Assembly: GCA_965645245.1 (NCBI GenBank)
Contig: OZ287076.1
Location: 930,001 to 994,000, forward strand
Direction of reading: 5' to 3'
DNA from: Massalongia carnosa
Taxonomy: Eukaryota
Length of the DNA: 64,000 nt
Made by a program: the position numbers and the translations under genes. Below, piece after piece: positions 63,484-64,000 of the stretch (position 1 is its first letter; the number at the start of each line of letters is the position of its first letter). The notes below the pieces were generated by a model. The model saw only the letters and a list, made by a program, of their open reading frames with translations, ran no database searches and was not told the DNA's origin.

Positions 63484-64000
63484 CAGTCGAACCCCGCTAT
63501 AGGGAAGTTCCGTATGTATAACCAAAACCTCGGCATAACGAAATTATTTTTCGGATTTTTTGTAGTTATGGTAAAAACCTCGTTATAACGAAATCCCCTC
63601 CATTATGTACGATATAACGAAATTTATTTTCTTATTTTTGGTGATGTTCGTTATAGCGAGATGGTAAAACTATCATATATTTGCTACGATTCTGCTGTAA
63701 ATATGTCTCGAGAATGGCCTGCCTCCATGTCTTTGTCAACTTTCCCCCCCCTCGAAAAAAAACCCGTCATGGAATCACGAATATTCAGCGAAAAGCTCTT
63801 CGGGACTGGTACAATGATGATTCAAAGGATAAAGTGACTCAGAACGACTGTCGCATGTGGTGGAAAAGAGAGTATAATTATGTGCCTGGGAGTGCATCTA
63901 TCAGCGAGATTCTTAGTTCCAAATATGCTTACTTGGATGATAAAGAGGAGGCGAGTTCAATCATACGGGAGGTTATTCCCAAATGGCCTGTGTTAGAAGA
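63484..64000 (+). mobile_element. Left end of a pogo/Tigger (CENP-B-type) DNA transposon, truncated by the window end
   Basis: TA followed by CAGTCGAACCCCGCTATA terminus; subterminal repeats with core ATAACGAAAT; downstream HTH ORF. Confidence 0.82.
63714..64000 (+). CDS. Partial pogo/CENP-B-like transposase (N-terminal HTH domains)
   Basis: PPPRKKTRHGITNIQRKALRDWY..VTQNDCRMWWKREY..SISEILSSKYAYLD..KWPVLE, open to the window edge. Confidence 0.78.
   Translation, partial: MACLHVFVNFPPPRKKTRHGITNIQRKALRDWYNDDSKDKVTQNDCRMWWKREYNYVPGSASISEILSSKYAYLDDKEEASSIIREVIPKWPVLE

Overview
Filamentous ascomycete (Pezizomycotina-like) nuclear DNA with short GT-AG introns and CTRAY-type branch sites. Apparently intact conserved genes: a GT69/CAP59-type mannosyltransferase, VAM7, EB1/BIM1, a membrane-anchored type-B carboxylesterase, two MFS transporters, an intronless GT1 UDP-glycosyltransferase, GPI2/PIG-C, a fungal annexin (ANXC4 type) and an ABC1/ADCK atypical kinase. 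Four DNA-transposon insertions: a Tc1-like DD38E element, a long-TIR non-autonomous element, a Fot1/pogo DD35D element with 94-bp TIRs, and a CENP-B/pogo element truncated by the window end. Several decaying genes and a roughly 15-kb gene-poor stretch (7.9-22.7 kb) are also present. The most notable observations are a divergent 12-exon saccharopine-reductase paralog with an altered substrate motif and a TG splice acceptor, and an orphan three-exon secreted protein that looks like a precursor of an amphipathic peptide. All exon structures and family assignments were made by eye, with no database search. No tRNA, rRNA or CRISPR array was recognised, and I found no clear-cut new multi-gene system, only candidates.
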